From Heterodontus francisci (taxonomy: Eukaryota): 64,000 nt of DNA. Location of the stretch: contig NC_090380.1 in the NCBI RefSeq assembly GCF_036365525.1, positions 91,746,194-91,810,193 of the forward strand, in the 5' to 3' direction. Of this stretch, positions 1 through 13,156 are shown piece by piece. A program made the translations under genes and the position numbers. The notes under the pieces were generated by a model that worked only from the letters and a program-made list of their open reading frames with translations, was not told where the DNA came from and searched no databases. Numbering within the stretch: the first letter of the stretch is position 1; every line of letters starts with the position of its first letter.

Positions 1-425
1 TAGCCAATTTCAAGTCTTTCCTTAACAGTGATACCTAATGGAAGTGCATCTGTAAACACCAGCTAAAAGCAAATTTGAACTTGGCAGTGAATAGTCCACT
101 AATACACTGTCAGGAACACACATGAAGAATTGACACTTGAGTGAGGTGCTGGTCAGCATCAGTGCCTGATGAACCGTACCCTACTGGAAGTTACAGGGTA
201 GCAGGAGTGTTTTCAAGGAAAGTTGGAGGAAACCTTTACAAATATCAGTATTAGTTTTAATCCTTCAGTGGGATGTTGCACAGAATTGATAAGGGAACGT
301 TTGCTCATAGTTTTATAGATACTTCAAAATAAGCTGACCTAAAAAGTAGATCCTATGCCTTATTTTGTTTACTCATGGTATATTCTCAGCCAGGGATAAA
401 TGTATATATTTTTCCTTTCTTTTAG

Positions 426-1043
426 ACAAATAATTCTTCAGAAAGCTCATCAGGAAATGATGTCCCACAGAAAGATATAGCAGCAGATTTCAAGAATGAT
501 TACCACTCTATGGGACTGGAATTCTGCAAATGGTTTTATCGGCTTCTGAACTCCCAGAATCCTTTGCTAGAAGAACAGTCGAAAGAGTGGGGCCCCCAGC
601 ACTTTTGGGAAGATGTTATACTTAAGTTTTCCTACAGAACATCTGAGCAGCACATGGAGGTGTACACTGGTGCAATTATGGTCAGCCTTCGTTTATTAGC
701 ACTGACAAAAGATGAGCATCTATTCCTGAATCCTAACCTGACTGGTGGTGGACTGAAGTGTATCCATTCACCTCATGGATTAGTTATTATTGCAGTGGCT
801 GGCACCATTCACAGAGAGTCAGTTTGCCTGGGAATTTTCGAACAAATCTTTGGTCTTATCCGTTGTCCAAGCAGTGAGAACAATTGGAAGATGAAATTTG
901 TTCACCTAAAGATCACTGGTCATGGCACAGCAGTGCCAGCGACTGTCCAGTCCAATGAGGCTTCACAGCCACCCATCATCAAATATGAATCCAATGAACT
1001 ACTGCAAGTTTTTGAAGAACACACTGTAGGAGTTTGTGATTGA
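426..1043 (+). CDS. C3orf38: Terminal coding exon of C3orf38 (DUF4518)-like gene, copy 1
   Basis: Polypyrimidine tract + AG at 424-425, in frame with ORF 510-1043. Motifs FCKWFYRLLNSQNP, EWGPQHFW, PHGLVIIAVAGTIH and CLGIFEQIFGLIRCP match the C3orf38 C-terminal domain. Upstream exons are outside the window. Confidence 0.88.
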   Translation, partial: TNNSSESSSGNDVPQKDIAADFKNDYHSMGLEFCKWFYRLLNSQNPLLEEQSKEWGPQHFWEDVILKFSYRTSEQHMEVYTGAIMVSLRLLALTKDEHLFLNPNLTGGGLKCIHSPHGLVIIAVAGTIHRESVCLGIFEQIFGLIRCPSSENNWKMKFVHLKITGHGTAVPATVQSNEASQPPIIKYESNELLQVFEEHTVGVCD

Positions 1044-1469
1044 GGTTGTGTGGCCTGTTGGAACTTTTTGAAAAATTGTTTCATCTGTCAACTGTTCATT
1101 ATTGCTTTATAAAATCAAAAGTGCAGCTTTACATTTGTGCTAGAAGACAATGCACTATATTACAACACAACCAGTACTACAATTCATACTGATATGTAAA
1201 TACTGGTTTAAAAAAAACTATAAAAACGGACTACATTGCTTGCCCATGCAACATCCTAACAGTATATGCAATATTGTCAAAAATTCAGTGTGAGGAAATG
1301 TTATAAAACTGGTCCTTACCAAAGGATGAATGTTATTTCAACAAATGCTCTCTTCTCTCCTCCCACACCTTTTGCTGGCTATGGACATATTTGCTCCCTT
1401 TTTTGATTGTAACCACTAAATGTATTTGATAAAGCTGTATTGCCTCAGTTTATTGTGTCTGTTTGACTC

Positions 1470-2000
1470 TGTTGGTGGCACTTTCAGCTCTTGAGTAAGA
1501 GGATTGCATTCAAGTCCCATTCCAATCCCATGAGCAGATAAACTAGGTTGACACTGCATTGCAAGGCTGAGGGAGTGTTGCGTTGTTGGAGCTGCTGTTC
1601 TTCAGATGAGATCTCAAGGGTAGAAAATGCTGGAAATAGTAGGTCTGACAGCATATGTAGAGAGAGAAACATAATTTACATGAACTGATGAAAGGTCATT
1701 GACCTGAAACGTTAACTCTGTTTCTCTCGCCACAGATGCTGCCAGACCTGCTGGGTATTTCCAGCATTTTCTGTTTTTATTTCAGATTTCCAGCATCTGC
1801 AGTATTTTGCTTTAGTCCCAAATTAAGGTCCTGTCCACCTCAAACAATACTGCCAAAAACAGATTAACCAGTCAATCATCACTGGATCTTGATCTGTACA
1901 AAAACACCTCATCAGTTTATGTAACAACATTCACTCCAAAACAGAAAGTCATTATGTGAAGTCCTTTAAGGCTTTTTGTGTTTGCCATGCATGTCGTGCT
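1470..2000 (+). mobile_element. Degenerate SacSINE1/Deu-SINE-like element interrupted by a mini Penelope-derived inverted repeat
   Basis: Similar to the better-preserved copy at 58262-60160 (tRNA-like head, gagggagtg...cagatgaga core). Confidence 0.5.
1621..1813. mobile_element. Mini inverted Penelope-terminus element containing a minimal hammerhead-like motif
   Basis: Arms are reverse complements of the Penelope terminus. CTGATGA-aaggtca-t-tgacct-GAAACGTT lies at ~1685-1713. Confidence 0.7.
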
Positions 2001-3172
2001 ATTATAGACTCCTGTGATTAGTTCAAAGTAGGCTTATATCTAAGCTTTCTGATTGCTGGCAAAAGGGTAATTTTGGCTTCCTTCTAGTTGCTGTGAGTTT
2101 GCTGCTTCAATCTGCACAGCCAACCCAGCAAGTAGAGGAAAAGAAAGGTAAGTCATGACCTACCTCCATCGCACTCAGCAGATGTTTCCTGATACCAGTG
2201 CCAACTCTGCCTGCACCTTCTACTGCTCACTTCCTGGGCTGATGGTCTTTAGCCCCTGGCTGCAGCTTGCTTTCCTGTCCCAGTCAAAGTAGCCCACTCA
2301 CTCCTGGATCTCTGCTCCTTGATTTGGGAACTCCATGGGAGATGCATTAATGAACAATGATTAGAAAATGTAGTTGTATTTTCTTTGTGAAAGTCTCGGA
2401 CATCACCTTAAATCCTGCCCACTGTAAATGTTAGTAGCTGAAAATTTTCTTCTTAAACTGATTGAAGCAGAGTGCTGTTTTCCTCTACCATAACCAATGA
2501 TAAGGCAAAGTGAAAATATTGGGGCTTTGATAAGTGGTTAAGAAATGCTACACTGCCTGTCAAATAAGATGAAAAATTGTCTATCACACATGAGAGCCAC
2601 TTTGCTTCTTCCAGGAGTTTTCAAAATAGGAACTGGAGTAGGCCATTCAGCCCCTTCAGGCTGAATTGGCATTTAATAAGATCTTAGCTGATCTGTAAAG
2701 TGCCTGCTGTTTAAATATGATGGTCCTGTCCAATCTTATCATTAGAATTTTTCTGTTTGATGTGTTAAGAGTGCACTAATTGTACCTCGTGAATGATGTG
2801 GACAGATGCCTGTAAACTGCTCACAACTGGAAACTAATTGTTGCAGTCAAATTCTTTTGTGTTAACACTCCAAGTAGGAGCAGCAATGGAAGTCAAATGA
2901 TACATTTGCAACCAGTTGTACAGACCGATTTGGGTTCTTATTAAATGCATATTTCAATATTTTTGTTGTAGAAAGCTGTGTTTGTTATATTATTTTCTGT
3001 TAATTGTCAATCCAGTCCTTGATACTTGGTATTGATGAGTGTTAATATTCCGAAAAGATATTGTAGACTTAATGAATCTGCTGAAATGTGAATGTGTTAT
3101 AAATAGAACTGAGTTTTGTGAAATGCCTTTGTGTGGGTGTGTTTGATTTGCAGGTACTGTATCATTTCAACA

Positions 3173-3178
3173 AATAAA
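3173..3178 (+). promoter_or_regulatory. Candidate polyadenylation signal of copy 1
   Basis: AATAAA followed by GT/T-rich sequence; a second AATAAA lies near 3304. Confidence 0.35.
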
Positions 3179-3658
3179 ACTAAACTGATCTCTGAGTCAG
3201 GTTTTGAACATAGTTTGTTTTGCTGGAAACTAATTCCCTGGAGCTTTTCTTTACATTGTTACTTGGAGCTGTTGCGGTATAAATTGCTCAAGGCTTGAGT
3301 CAGAATAAAGTCAAGGTGTTAAACAGCAGTTGTTTATACTCAAGAAAACAATCTATCGGAAGACTATAAATTGTATAAAGTGCATAGATGCAAATCTTGA
3401 AAGCTCTTCAGAAGGACATGCCAGTACAAAACTGTCTCTAGCTGCTCCTGAACATAAGAATGCTCTCTTACTTGCAGCTCCCCATCCTCCTCTATCCCCC
3501 AAAGTCAGACCACCCTCTCAAACAGTGCAATATCAACCAAATATCCAGTCAGATATAACGGGCCAAAAAAACACCAGAGGTTTTTCCTGTATTATGCTAT
3601 GCACTTTTAAAAATAAAACTAATGGGGGAGGAGTGAACACTGCCCCCAATTTTCTAAA

Positions 3659-6123
3659 ATAAAAGCAAAATACTGCGGATGCTGGAAATCTGAAACAGAA
3701 ACAAGAAATGCTGGAATCACTCAGCAGGTCTGGCAGCATCTGTGGAAAGAGAAGCAGAGTTAACGTTTCGGGTCTGTGACCCTTCGGAACTGACAAATGT
3801 TAGAAAAATCACAGATTATAAACAAGTGAGGTGGGGGTGGGGCAAGAGATAACAAAGGAGAAGGTGCAGATTGGACCAGGCCACATAGCTGACCAAAAGG
3901 TCACGGAGCAAAGGCAAACAATATGTTAATGGTGTGTTGAAAGACAAAGCATTAGTACAGATTAGGTGTGAATACACTGAATATTGAACAGCAAGTGCAA
4001 ACCTGAAGAAAAACAACCTGAAAAAAACAGTGGGTAAGCAAACTGAACAAACTAAGATGAAATGAAATAAATGCAAAAAAAGATTGTAAAAAATGTAAAA
4101 AGGAATGTAAAAAAAAAAGGAAGAAAAAAGAACTAAAAATGAAAGTAAAATGGGGGGCTGTCATGCTCTGAAATTATTGAACTCAATGTTCAGTCCGGCA
4201 GGCTGTAGTGTGCCTAATCGGTAGATGAGATGCTGTTCCTCGAGCTTGCGTTGATGTTCACTGGAACACTGCAGCAATCCCAGGACAGAGATGTGAGCAT
4301 GAGAGCAGGGGGGAGTGTTGAAATGGCAAGCAACCGGAAGCTCAGGGTCCTGCTTGCGGACTGAGCGGAGATGTTCCGCAAAGCGGTCACCCAGTCTGCG
4401 CTTGGTCTCTCCAATGTAGAGGAGACCACATTGTGAGCAGCGAATACAGTATACTACATTGAAAGAAGTACAAGTAAATCACTGCTTCACCTGAAAGGAG
4501 TGTTTGGGGCCTGGGATAGTGAGGAGAGAGGAGGTAAATGGGCAGGTATTACACCTTCTGCGATTGCAGGGGAAGGTGCCCTGGGACGGGGACGAGGTGG
4601 TGGGGGTAATGGAGGAGTGGACCAGGGTGTCACGGAGGGAACGATCCCTTCGGAATGCTGACAGGGGAAGGGAGGGGAAGATGCGACTGGAAGTGGCATC
4701 ACGCTGGAGGTGGCGAAAATGGCGGAGGATGATCCTTTGGATATGGAGGCTGGTGGGATGAAAAGTGAGGACAAGGGGAACCCTGTCACGGTTCTGGGAG
4801 GGAGGGGAAGGGGTGAGGGTAGAGGTGCGGGGAATGGGTCGGACACGGTTGAGGGCCCTGTCAACCACAGTGGGGGGAAATCCTCGGTTGAGGAAAAAGG
4901 AGGTCATATCAGAAGCACCGTCATGGAAGGTAGCATCATCAGAGCAGATGCGTCGGAGACGGAGAAACTGGGAGAATGGAATGGAGTCCTTACAGGAGGT
5001 AGGGTGTGAAGAAGTGTAGTCGAGGTAGCTGTGGGAGTCAGTGGGCTTATAATGGATATTGGTAGACAACCTATCCCCAGAGATGGAGACAGAGAAGTCG
5101 AGGAAGGGAAGGGAAGTGTCAGAGATGGACCATGTAAAGGTGAGAGAAGGGTGGAAATTGGAAGCAAAGTTGATAAAGTTTTCTAGTTCGGGGCGGGAAC
5201 AGGAAACGGCACCGATACAGTCATCAATGTACCGGAAAAAGAGTTGGGGGAGGGGGCCTGAGTAGGACTGGAACAAAGAATGCTCGACATATCCCACAAA
5301 AAGACAGGCATAACTAGGACCCATGCGGGTACCCATAGCGACACCTTTTACTTGAAGGAAGTGCATGGAGTTGAAGGAGAAGTTGTTCAATGTGAGAACA
5401 AGTTCAGCCAGGCGGAGGAGGGTGGTGGTGGATGGGGACTGGTTGGGCCTCTGTTCCAGGAAGAAGTGGAGAGCCCTCAAACCATCCTGGTGGGGGATGG
5501 ATGTGTAGAGCGATTGGACGTCCATAGTGAAGAGGAGGCGGCTGGGACCAGGAAACTGGAAATTGTCAAAATGACGTAGGGCGTCAGAAGAGTCACGGAT
5601 GTAGGTGGGAAGAGACTGGACCAGCGGAGAAAAGATAGAGTCCAGATAGGAAGAAATAAGTTCAGTGGGGCAGGAGCAGGCTGACACAATGGGTCTGCCG
5701 GGACAGTCCCGTTTGTGGATTTTGGGAAGGAGGTAGAAGCGGGCTGTCCGGGGTTGTGGGACTATGAGGTTGGAAGCCGTAGAGGGAAGATCTCCAGAGG
5801 AGATGAGGTCAGTGACAGTCCTTTGGACGGTGGCTTGATGTTCGGTGGTGGGGTCATGGTCCAGAGGGAGGTAGGAAGAGGTGTCTGTGAGTTGGCGTTG
5901 AGCTTCTGCAAGGTAGAGGTCGGTACGCCATACAACAACAGCACCACCCTTGTCTGCAGGTTTGATGACCATGTCGGGGTTAGACCTGAGAGAACGGAGT
6001 GCCTCAAGTTCAGAGGGGGACAGGTTAGAGTGAGTGAGGGGGGCAGAGAAATTGAGACGACCAATGTCTCGCCGACAGTTTTCAATGAAGAGATCAAGAG
6101 TGGGTAAGAGGCCAGGGGGAGGG
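3659..6123 (-). mobile_element. Penelope-like retroelement (RT + GIY-YIG), left arm
   Basis: ORF 4479-5972 has IKPADKG, GVAMGT and RYIDD RT motifs. The GIY-YIG region follows a CGA>TGA stop at 4479. Confidence 0.93.
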
Positions 6124-8140
6124 TCCCAAAATCCACAAACGGGACTGTCCCGGCAGACCCATTGTGTCAGCTTGCTCCTGCCCCACTGAACTTATTTCTT
6201 CCTATCTAGACTCTATCTTTTCTCCGCTGGTCCAGTCTCTTCCCACCTACATCCGTGACTCTTCTGACGCCCTACGCCATTTTGACAATTTCCAGTTTCC
6301 TGGTCCCAACCGCCTCCTCTTCACTATGGACGTCCAATCGCTCTACACCTCCATCCCCCACCAGGATGGTTTGAGGGCTCTCCGCTTCTTCCTGGAACAG
6401 AGGCCCAACCAGTCCCCATCCACCACCACCCTCCTCCGCCTGGCTGAACTTGTTCTCACATTGAACAACTTCTCCATCAACTCCATGCACTTCCTTCAAG
6501 TAAAAGGTGTCGCTATGGGTACCCGCATGGGTCCTAGTTATGCCTGTCTTTTTGTGGGATATGTCGAGCATTCTTTGTTCCAGTCCTACTCAGGCCCCCT
6601 CCCCCAACTCTTTTTCCGGTACATTGATGACTGTATCGGTGCCGTTTCCTGTTCCCGCCCCGAACTAGAAAACTTTATCAACTTTGCTTCCAATTTCCAC
6701 CCTTCTCTCACCTTTACATGGTCCATCTCTGACACTTCCCTTCCCTTCCTCGACTTCTCTGTCTCCATCTCTGGGGATAGGTTGTCTACCAATATCCATT
6801 ATAAGCCCACTGACTCCCACAGCTACCTCGACTACACTTCTTCACACCCTACCTCCTGTAAGGACTCCATTCCATTCTCCCAGTTTCTCCGTCTCCGACG
6901 TATCTGCTCTGATGATGCTACCTTCCATGACGGTGCTTCTGATATGACCTCCTTTTTCCTCAACCGAGGATTTCCCCCCACTGTGGTTGACAGGGCCCTC
7001 AACCGTGTCCGACCCATTCCCCGCACCTCTACCCTCCCTCCCAGAACCGTGACAGGGTTCCCCTTGTCCTCACTTTTCATCCCACCAGCCTCCATATCCA
7101 AAGGATCATCCTCCGCCATTTTCGCCACCTCCAGCGTGATGCCACTACCAGTCGCATCTTCCCCTCCCTTCCCCTGTCAGCATTCCGAAGGGATCGTTCC
7201 CTCCGTGACACCCTGGTCCACTCCTCCATTACCCCCACCACCTCGTCCCCGTCCCAGGGCACCTTCCCCTGCAATCGCAGAAGGTGTAATACCTGCCCAT
7301 TTACCTCCTCTCTCCTCACTATCCCAGGCCCCAAACACTCCTTTCAGGTGAAGCAGCGATTTACTTGTACTTCTTTCAATGTAGTATACTGTATTCGCTG
7401 CTCACAGTGTGGTCTCCTCTACATTGGGGAGACCAAGCGCAGACTGGGTGACCGCTTTGCGGAACATCTCCGCTCAGTCCGCAAGCAGGACCCTGAGCTT
7501 CCGGTTGCTTGCCATTTCAACATTCCCCCCTGCTCTCATGCTCACATCTCTGTCCTGGGATTGCTGCAGTGTTCCAGTGAACATCAACGCAAGCTCGAGG
7601 AACAGCATCTCATCTACCGATTAGGCACACTACAGCCTGCTGGACTGAACATTGAGTTCAATAATTTCAGAGCATGACAGCCCCCCATTTTACTTTCATT
7701 TTTAGTTCTTTTTTCTTCCTTTTTTTTTACATTCCTTTTTACATTTTTTACAATCTTTTTTTGCATTTATTTCATTTCATCTTAGTTTGTTCAGTTTGCT
7801 TACCCACTGTTTTTTTCAGGTTGTTTTTCTTCAGGTTTGCACTTGCTGCTGTTCAATATTCAGTATATTCACACCTTACCTGTACTAATGCTTTGTCTTT
7901 CAACACACCAATTGTTTGCCTTTGCTCCGTGACCTTTTGGTCAGCTATGTGGCCTGGTCCAATCTGCACCTTCTCCTTTGTTATCTCTTGCCCCACCCCC
8001 ACCTCACTTGTTTATAATCTGTGACTTTTCTAATATTTGTCAGTTCCGAAGAAGGGTCACTGACCCGAAACGTTAACTCTGCTTCTCTTTCCACAGATGC
8101 TGCCAGACCTGCTGAGTGATTCCAGCATTTCTTGTTTCTG
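6124..8140 (+). mobile_element. Penelope-like retroelement, right (inverted) arm
   Basis: Near-identical reverse complement of the left arm. RT at 6164-7030, GIY-YIG VVYCIRC...LYIGET at 7348-7677, ~13-nt frameshifting deletion near 7035. The whole structure is flanked by ccccaattttctaaa (3644-3658, 8141-8155). Confidence 0.93.
8042..8080 (+). ncRNA. Minimal type I hammerhead-like motif (U4C variant) in the Penelope terminus
   Basis: agtt-CCGAAGA-a-gggtca-c-tgaccc-GAAACGTT-aact: stem I agtt/aact, stem II hairpin and palindromic AACGTT stem III. Confidence 0.6.
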
Positions 8141-8478
8141 CCCCAATTTTCTAAAGCGTTTTTAACTGTTGCAAAAGCTGGCAGTTTGCGGACAGGGAAA
8201 ATTGTTTCATTTAATTCTGTGCTCTTGTCTCTGATGATTGATCCTGTTCGTGTCAGCTGGTCTCCAGTTTCGATTTCCCATTTCGTAATTCATTTGCTCA
8301 GTTTCAGTTGACCTGACCTCACTTTGCGAGTCCGCTGAATCGGTATTTTGACGCTTTCCTCATTAATTGGAAGGCATTGCGATATATTTGAGGCACTTTT
8401 ATTGTTTAAAGGGAATTTGAGCTTTTTCCTCCGGTATAGTTAATTTTCAACTTTTTACTAACCCCGGGAAAGAAAAAA

Positions 8479-8602
8479 ATGTTCAATTTTTCTGTGACGC
8501 AAAGAAAAGGATGCACTGAAATCCTACAATCTTTAACCTACAGTGATTTGTTTGCACTGAAGGACACTGTAGCCAACAAGCAGGACGTATGGAATAAGGA
8601 AG
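8479..8602 (+). CDS. C3orf38: C3orf38-like copy 2, coding exon 1
   Basis: MFNFSVTQRKGCTEILQSLTYSDLFALKDTVANK resembles the C3orf38 N-terminus (GCRNLL...ALCDTVTN). Donor AG|GTAAGT at 8602/8603, phase 1. Confidence 0.8.
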
Positions 8603-9973
8603 GTAAGTGCGATCAGGCAGTTACAAATGTATCAAGATGCCAGAATGTGTGTCGACAAACCACATAGCTGTACCTAATTTCTGTTTGTAACTAAGTGGAT
8701 GATTAACACGCCAGATTTGAAACTTTATTCCAAAATTCTGAATGCAACTTTTTCCCTTCAGACTATTCAACGGAACAATTTTTCATAAATGCAAAATGTA
8801 AACTTTTGAAAACATATTTTGTGTGCAAAGATATCAAATTGCACTTCATTACATTGTAGATTTGCAAAACCAATCTTAATGAACTTTGGCAGCATTTCAA
8901 TAGCGTTAACAAAAAGTAATGAGGTTTGTTTTGAACCAGTGGTTCCCAAAAAATGATGCATTAAAATTTGTATTTTTCTAACATATACCGACGTTAATGT
9001 ACCAAAGCAAAGATTTTTAAAGAGCAGGGTATAACGGGCCTATTTTCAATAGACATTTAAAGAAAAAATTATTCTTTCTTGAAGGCAGTGACTCGAACTG
9101 AAGATGGTTCCATTAGTTAGTATTGATAGAGCCATACTATGTTGTCCAAGTATCCATTATATTTTCAAATGTGTGGAGGTTGTTTGGATGTGTTTTCAGG
9201 ATTCCCAACCTTGGGTGTGATCAAAACCACACTTCATCATGTCTCATCTAAAGGTCATAATTGTGAATATTCAACAGGTAGCATGAAATAGGGAACTAGG
9301 GCAAGGATTAGCTTATTTTAGGATGTATTTTAGCCCATTCCCCTTGTCGGGCAAACATCGGGGTAATATAAGAGCCTTAAACTTTGCAGCTTTTCTCCTT
9401 TTTTACATATTCTAGAACACAACAGAATTACATTGTGGCTGTGATCAAGTCAAGCAAAAGTATGCAAACCAGTCAAGGTCAAAACCTTTCAATGTGTCAG
9501 CATCGCTCTAATATTTTTAGAGTACCAGCAGAGATACTATAGATCCAGAGTTTGACCCAATGGGCCTTGTTTTAATGTTCAATATAGGGGAATGAAAGAG
9601 TCCATTAGATTGGATTTCTGCAGTCTGGTACAAATGTAATGGGCCAAAGACCTCCCTCTGTTCTGTAAATGTCTGTTTTATCCCGATGTGATTATAACTG
9701 GATTATCAGACGTTTCTCAGCCCCTCTCCTTCATCTGCTGGTAACTGATTGGGCCAATGTAGTTAATACAGATCTTGCACTGGTTGCACCGATCAAAACA
9801 GTCTGCTTGTTGTGCAGCTGTGGTACGATTGTTGTTCTCCCACTTTCCACTCAGCCCAGACTTATTCAAAAATGAGTGACATTAGTTCATAGGGCAGTGC
9901 ATTATCTGACATATCTGGTCCCACGTGCTCCCATTCATTGCAGATTAATATAGGGTTCTGATGAACGGTCATC

Positions 9974-12900
9974 TGTTTGTTTTGGTTTCACAAAAAAAGA
10001 CAGCACACGATTCAGCATTCTAACATGTGCTTCTCACAGTAACCTTCCATCTTTATTCTGATGTCTGTGTGGGCGTGTGGCCCTAGCCATTAAAGGAAGC
10101 CCATATACATACATCAAGTCATGCTCGGGGTCCTAAAGGTACAGTAGAGCAGACAGGTCATGGTCTCCTCACATACCATAACATCTGCCTTTTTCTGAAT
10201 TACTTGTCCAAAGGAATCAAAGTAAAATCGTACAGTGATCCCAATCACAGAACAATAACAAATAGGTCAATAGAACGCAACAGTTCAAGAAGGCAGCTCA
10301 CCACAACCTTCTTTAAGGGCAATTAGGGATGGGACACAAATTCTGGCCTTTACAGCGATGCTCATCCCATAAAACAATAAAAAAAATGTATAAGTGTATG
10401 ATACACATTTTATCCACCTGAGTCCTTGAGTGTTCATAGTGTTCTTTTCAGTTCAATGAGTCAGTAAAATTAAGTCTTTGTGCATCACTAAGTATATATT
10501 CAGTGTTCTCATTAGTGATTTACTGATGTTCTCAAACTTGAATAGACCATTTCAAAAAAATTTGAGCTTTATAAAAGAATTCCCTACGTGCTAGTAGGCA
10601 TGCTCAGCTTGCTTGCTGACAAACTGCTCATGCACTTTTATCATACTGCTTCTTTGCTTGTTTTCTGTTCTGAATGTTCTCAGCTACCCCTTCTACTACA
10701 GTAGTCTTTCAGTAGTCCTTCAGGTGTAGGTAGCAGCGTGCTGGTGTGACGAGACATCAATCTCCGCGCCGGGCTGCTTCCATTCTCATAGAGCGTGTTG
10801 AGCCAATCTAAAACTGCTAGGTAGACATCCTACCCTTCTCCTGAAGTCGTGAAAATATTCTTTGCTATCTTCACTGCTGATTCAGCCATCCCATTGCTCT
10901 GGCTGTGTAGCGGTGATGTTATGATATGCTCAAACTCCCAGTTTAGTGCAAATTTTTCATACTCTCTTGCCACAAATTGGGGCCCATTGTCAGTTATCAC
11001 CTTACCTGGCCTGCTATATCTTGCAAACAGGACCGTTGTTTATTTAACTACTGCTGCAGCTGTGGTGTCACCTGTTAGCCTATCCACCTCCCAGGAATCG
11101 CTCTAGTGATTACAGTAATAAGGTTACCACTCCGGCAGCTAAACAGATCTTGTGACACAACACTTCATGGACGTGACGTTATATCATAAGATATCGGCTG
11201 TTTCTGCTGCTTTGCCTGAAATGCATTGCACGTGCTATATTGTGTCACTTTGTCTTTCAGTTGTGTGACCATTCCCAGCCAGAAAAAAAATCTCTGGCTC
11301 GCCTGACCAAATTGTCTACTCCAAGCTGACTGTTGTAGATTCTGTCTAACATCAGTGGCTGCATTGCTTTAGGCCCTTGTAGAGAATTCCATTCCGCATT
11401 GTTATCTCCTCTCTGAAATTGAAGTACTCTCAAACTGAGACTGGTACTTCTCTTCTGTCATCTGGCCATCTGTTCTTCACCATGGGCGTCAGTATCTTTT
11501 TCTGGAGCTGAATGGATGTTGCATTGCTCACTCTCAAGTATTCTGCTTGATTAATCCATTCGATTTCATCGTAAATTGGATCAGCCTTTCTGTTGTGGGG
11601 TTCATGTATGTAGTCTCAACTCAACCCATCAGCTATGTACATCTCCTTCACAGGACAGTACTTGACATCTAGCTAGTAGTTTTGTAATCTCCATCATTCT
11701 TTGAAGATTCTTTGGTGCATTGTGAATGGCTTTGCTGAAGATTGGAACAAGTGGCTTGTGATCAGTGTGCACTGTGACCTATCTCCTTTGTACCTATTGG
11801 TCAAACCTCTCGCAGCTGAAGACTATGGCCAAAAATTCCTCCTCTATTTGAGCAAAGTCGCATTCTGCTTTGCTGAAGGCTTATTAGGCAAAGGTAACTA
11901 GCTGGCCATTCTGAAGAAGGGTAGTTCCAAGTCCTTTCTTTGATACATCACATTGGATTGTGACCTCTTCATGCAAGCTGTAGTACTTCAACACTGGAGC
12001 TTGCATGCGAAGTTGAAGCTGATTCTGTGTTTGAGTGTGGTGTTCTAGCCACTCAAAGTGAGCATCTTTGTCAATCTTCTTAAGGGCTCTGACAGCATGA
12101 GGCAATCTGGGTAGGAACTTTGCCAGGTATGTAACCCACTCAAGAAGACGTGGCACTGTCTTTTTGTCTTTCGGGATTGGCATCTCCATGATGGCCTTTA
12201 TTTTGCCCGGATCTGGGTGTAGGCCATCCTCTGTTAGTTGGTGTCCCATATAAGCCACTGATGAGAGATGAAGTTGAAGATTCTTTCTGTTCAACTTCAA
12301 ATTAACTTCTCTTGCTCTCTGCAGAAACTTGGCTAAGCTCTTGTCACGGTCTGCTACCACTTCCTGGTGGGTGTCATCACTGCCGAGTACCAGACAGTCA
12401 TCAGCTATGACATCAAGACCATCTAAGCTTTCAAGAATTTCATGCTGGCCTCATTAAAACTCTTCGGGGCTGTTGATGTCCCAACAGCATACATGTCCAC
12501 CTGTAGCAGCTGTAGGATGTAGCAAATGTTGTGATAAGACTGCTCTTCTCATCTAATTTCACATGTCAAAACCTGTCTTTAGCATCAAGAACTGAGAAGA
12601 TGTGAGCTTTAGATAGCCTCAGTACGATGTCACTAACAGTGGGAATAGGGTAGTGCGGATGCTCACAGCCTCATTCAAGTCCCTAGGGTCAATGCAGATT
12701 GCAAGTTTGTTAGGCTTCTTCACAATGACTGCACTGCTAATCCATTCTGTTGGTTGCATAACTTTGACAAGGATTCCCCGTTCTTCAAGTTCACGAGCTT
12801 CCGTTTCAGTTCCTGCTTCAAGGGAATAGCTACTTTATGAGTTGCGTACTTCATTGGAGGTACTTTGACATCTACGTCGAGGTGATATTCTCCTGGAAGG

Positions 12901-13156
12901 CAACCTAAGTCTTCGACAACATCAGCATACTCGTCGATTACATCATGTATAGTCTTCTCTACTCTCACCTGGTTAACTTTGTTCCAGGTCTGTGGGGTGT
13001 TTATCATAATCAATCCCATCTGGAATGATGTTTTTCTTGACAGAAGAGTCATCTGTTGCACATCCACTACATTGAATACATAGACTCACATCAAGTCACA
13101 CTCAAGGTCCCAAAGGACCCAGCAAATAAGTCATGTTCTACTCACATACCACAACA
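9974..13156 (-). mobile_element. Degenerate Gypsy-type LTR retrotransposon A
   Basis: TG...CA ends and gtcatc TSD (9968-9973, 13157-13162). LTR 9974-10183 with partial partner ~13080-13156. PPT next to 10184. RT/RNaseH fragments (11884-12360, 12720-13067) and integrase remnants. Confidence 0.85.

Noticed and set aside
4487-7334. Many overlapping small ORFs in the Penelope arms
   Set aside because: Alternative-frame by-products of the C-rich RT ORF.
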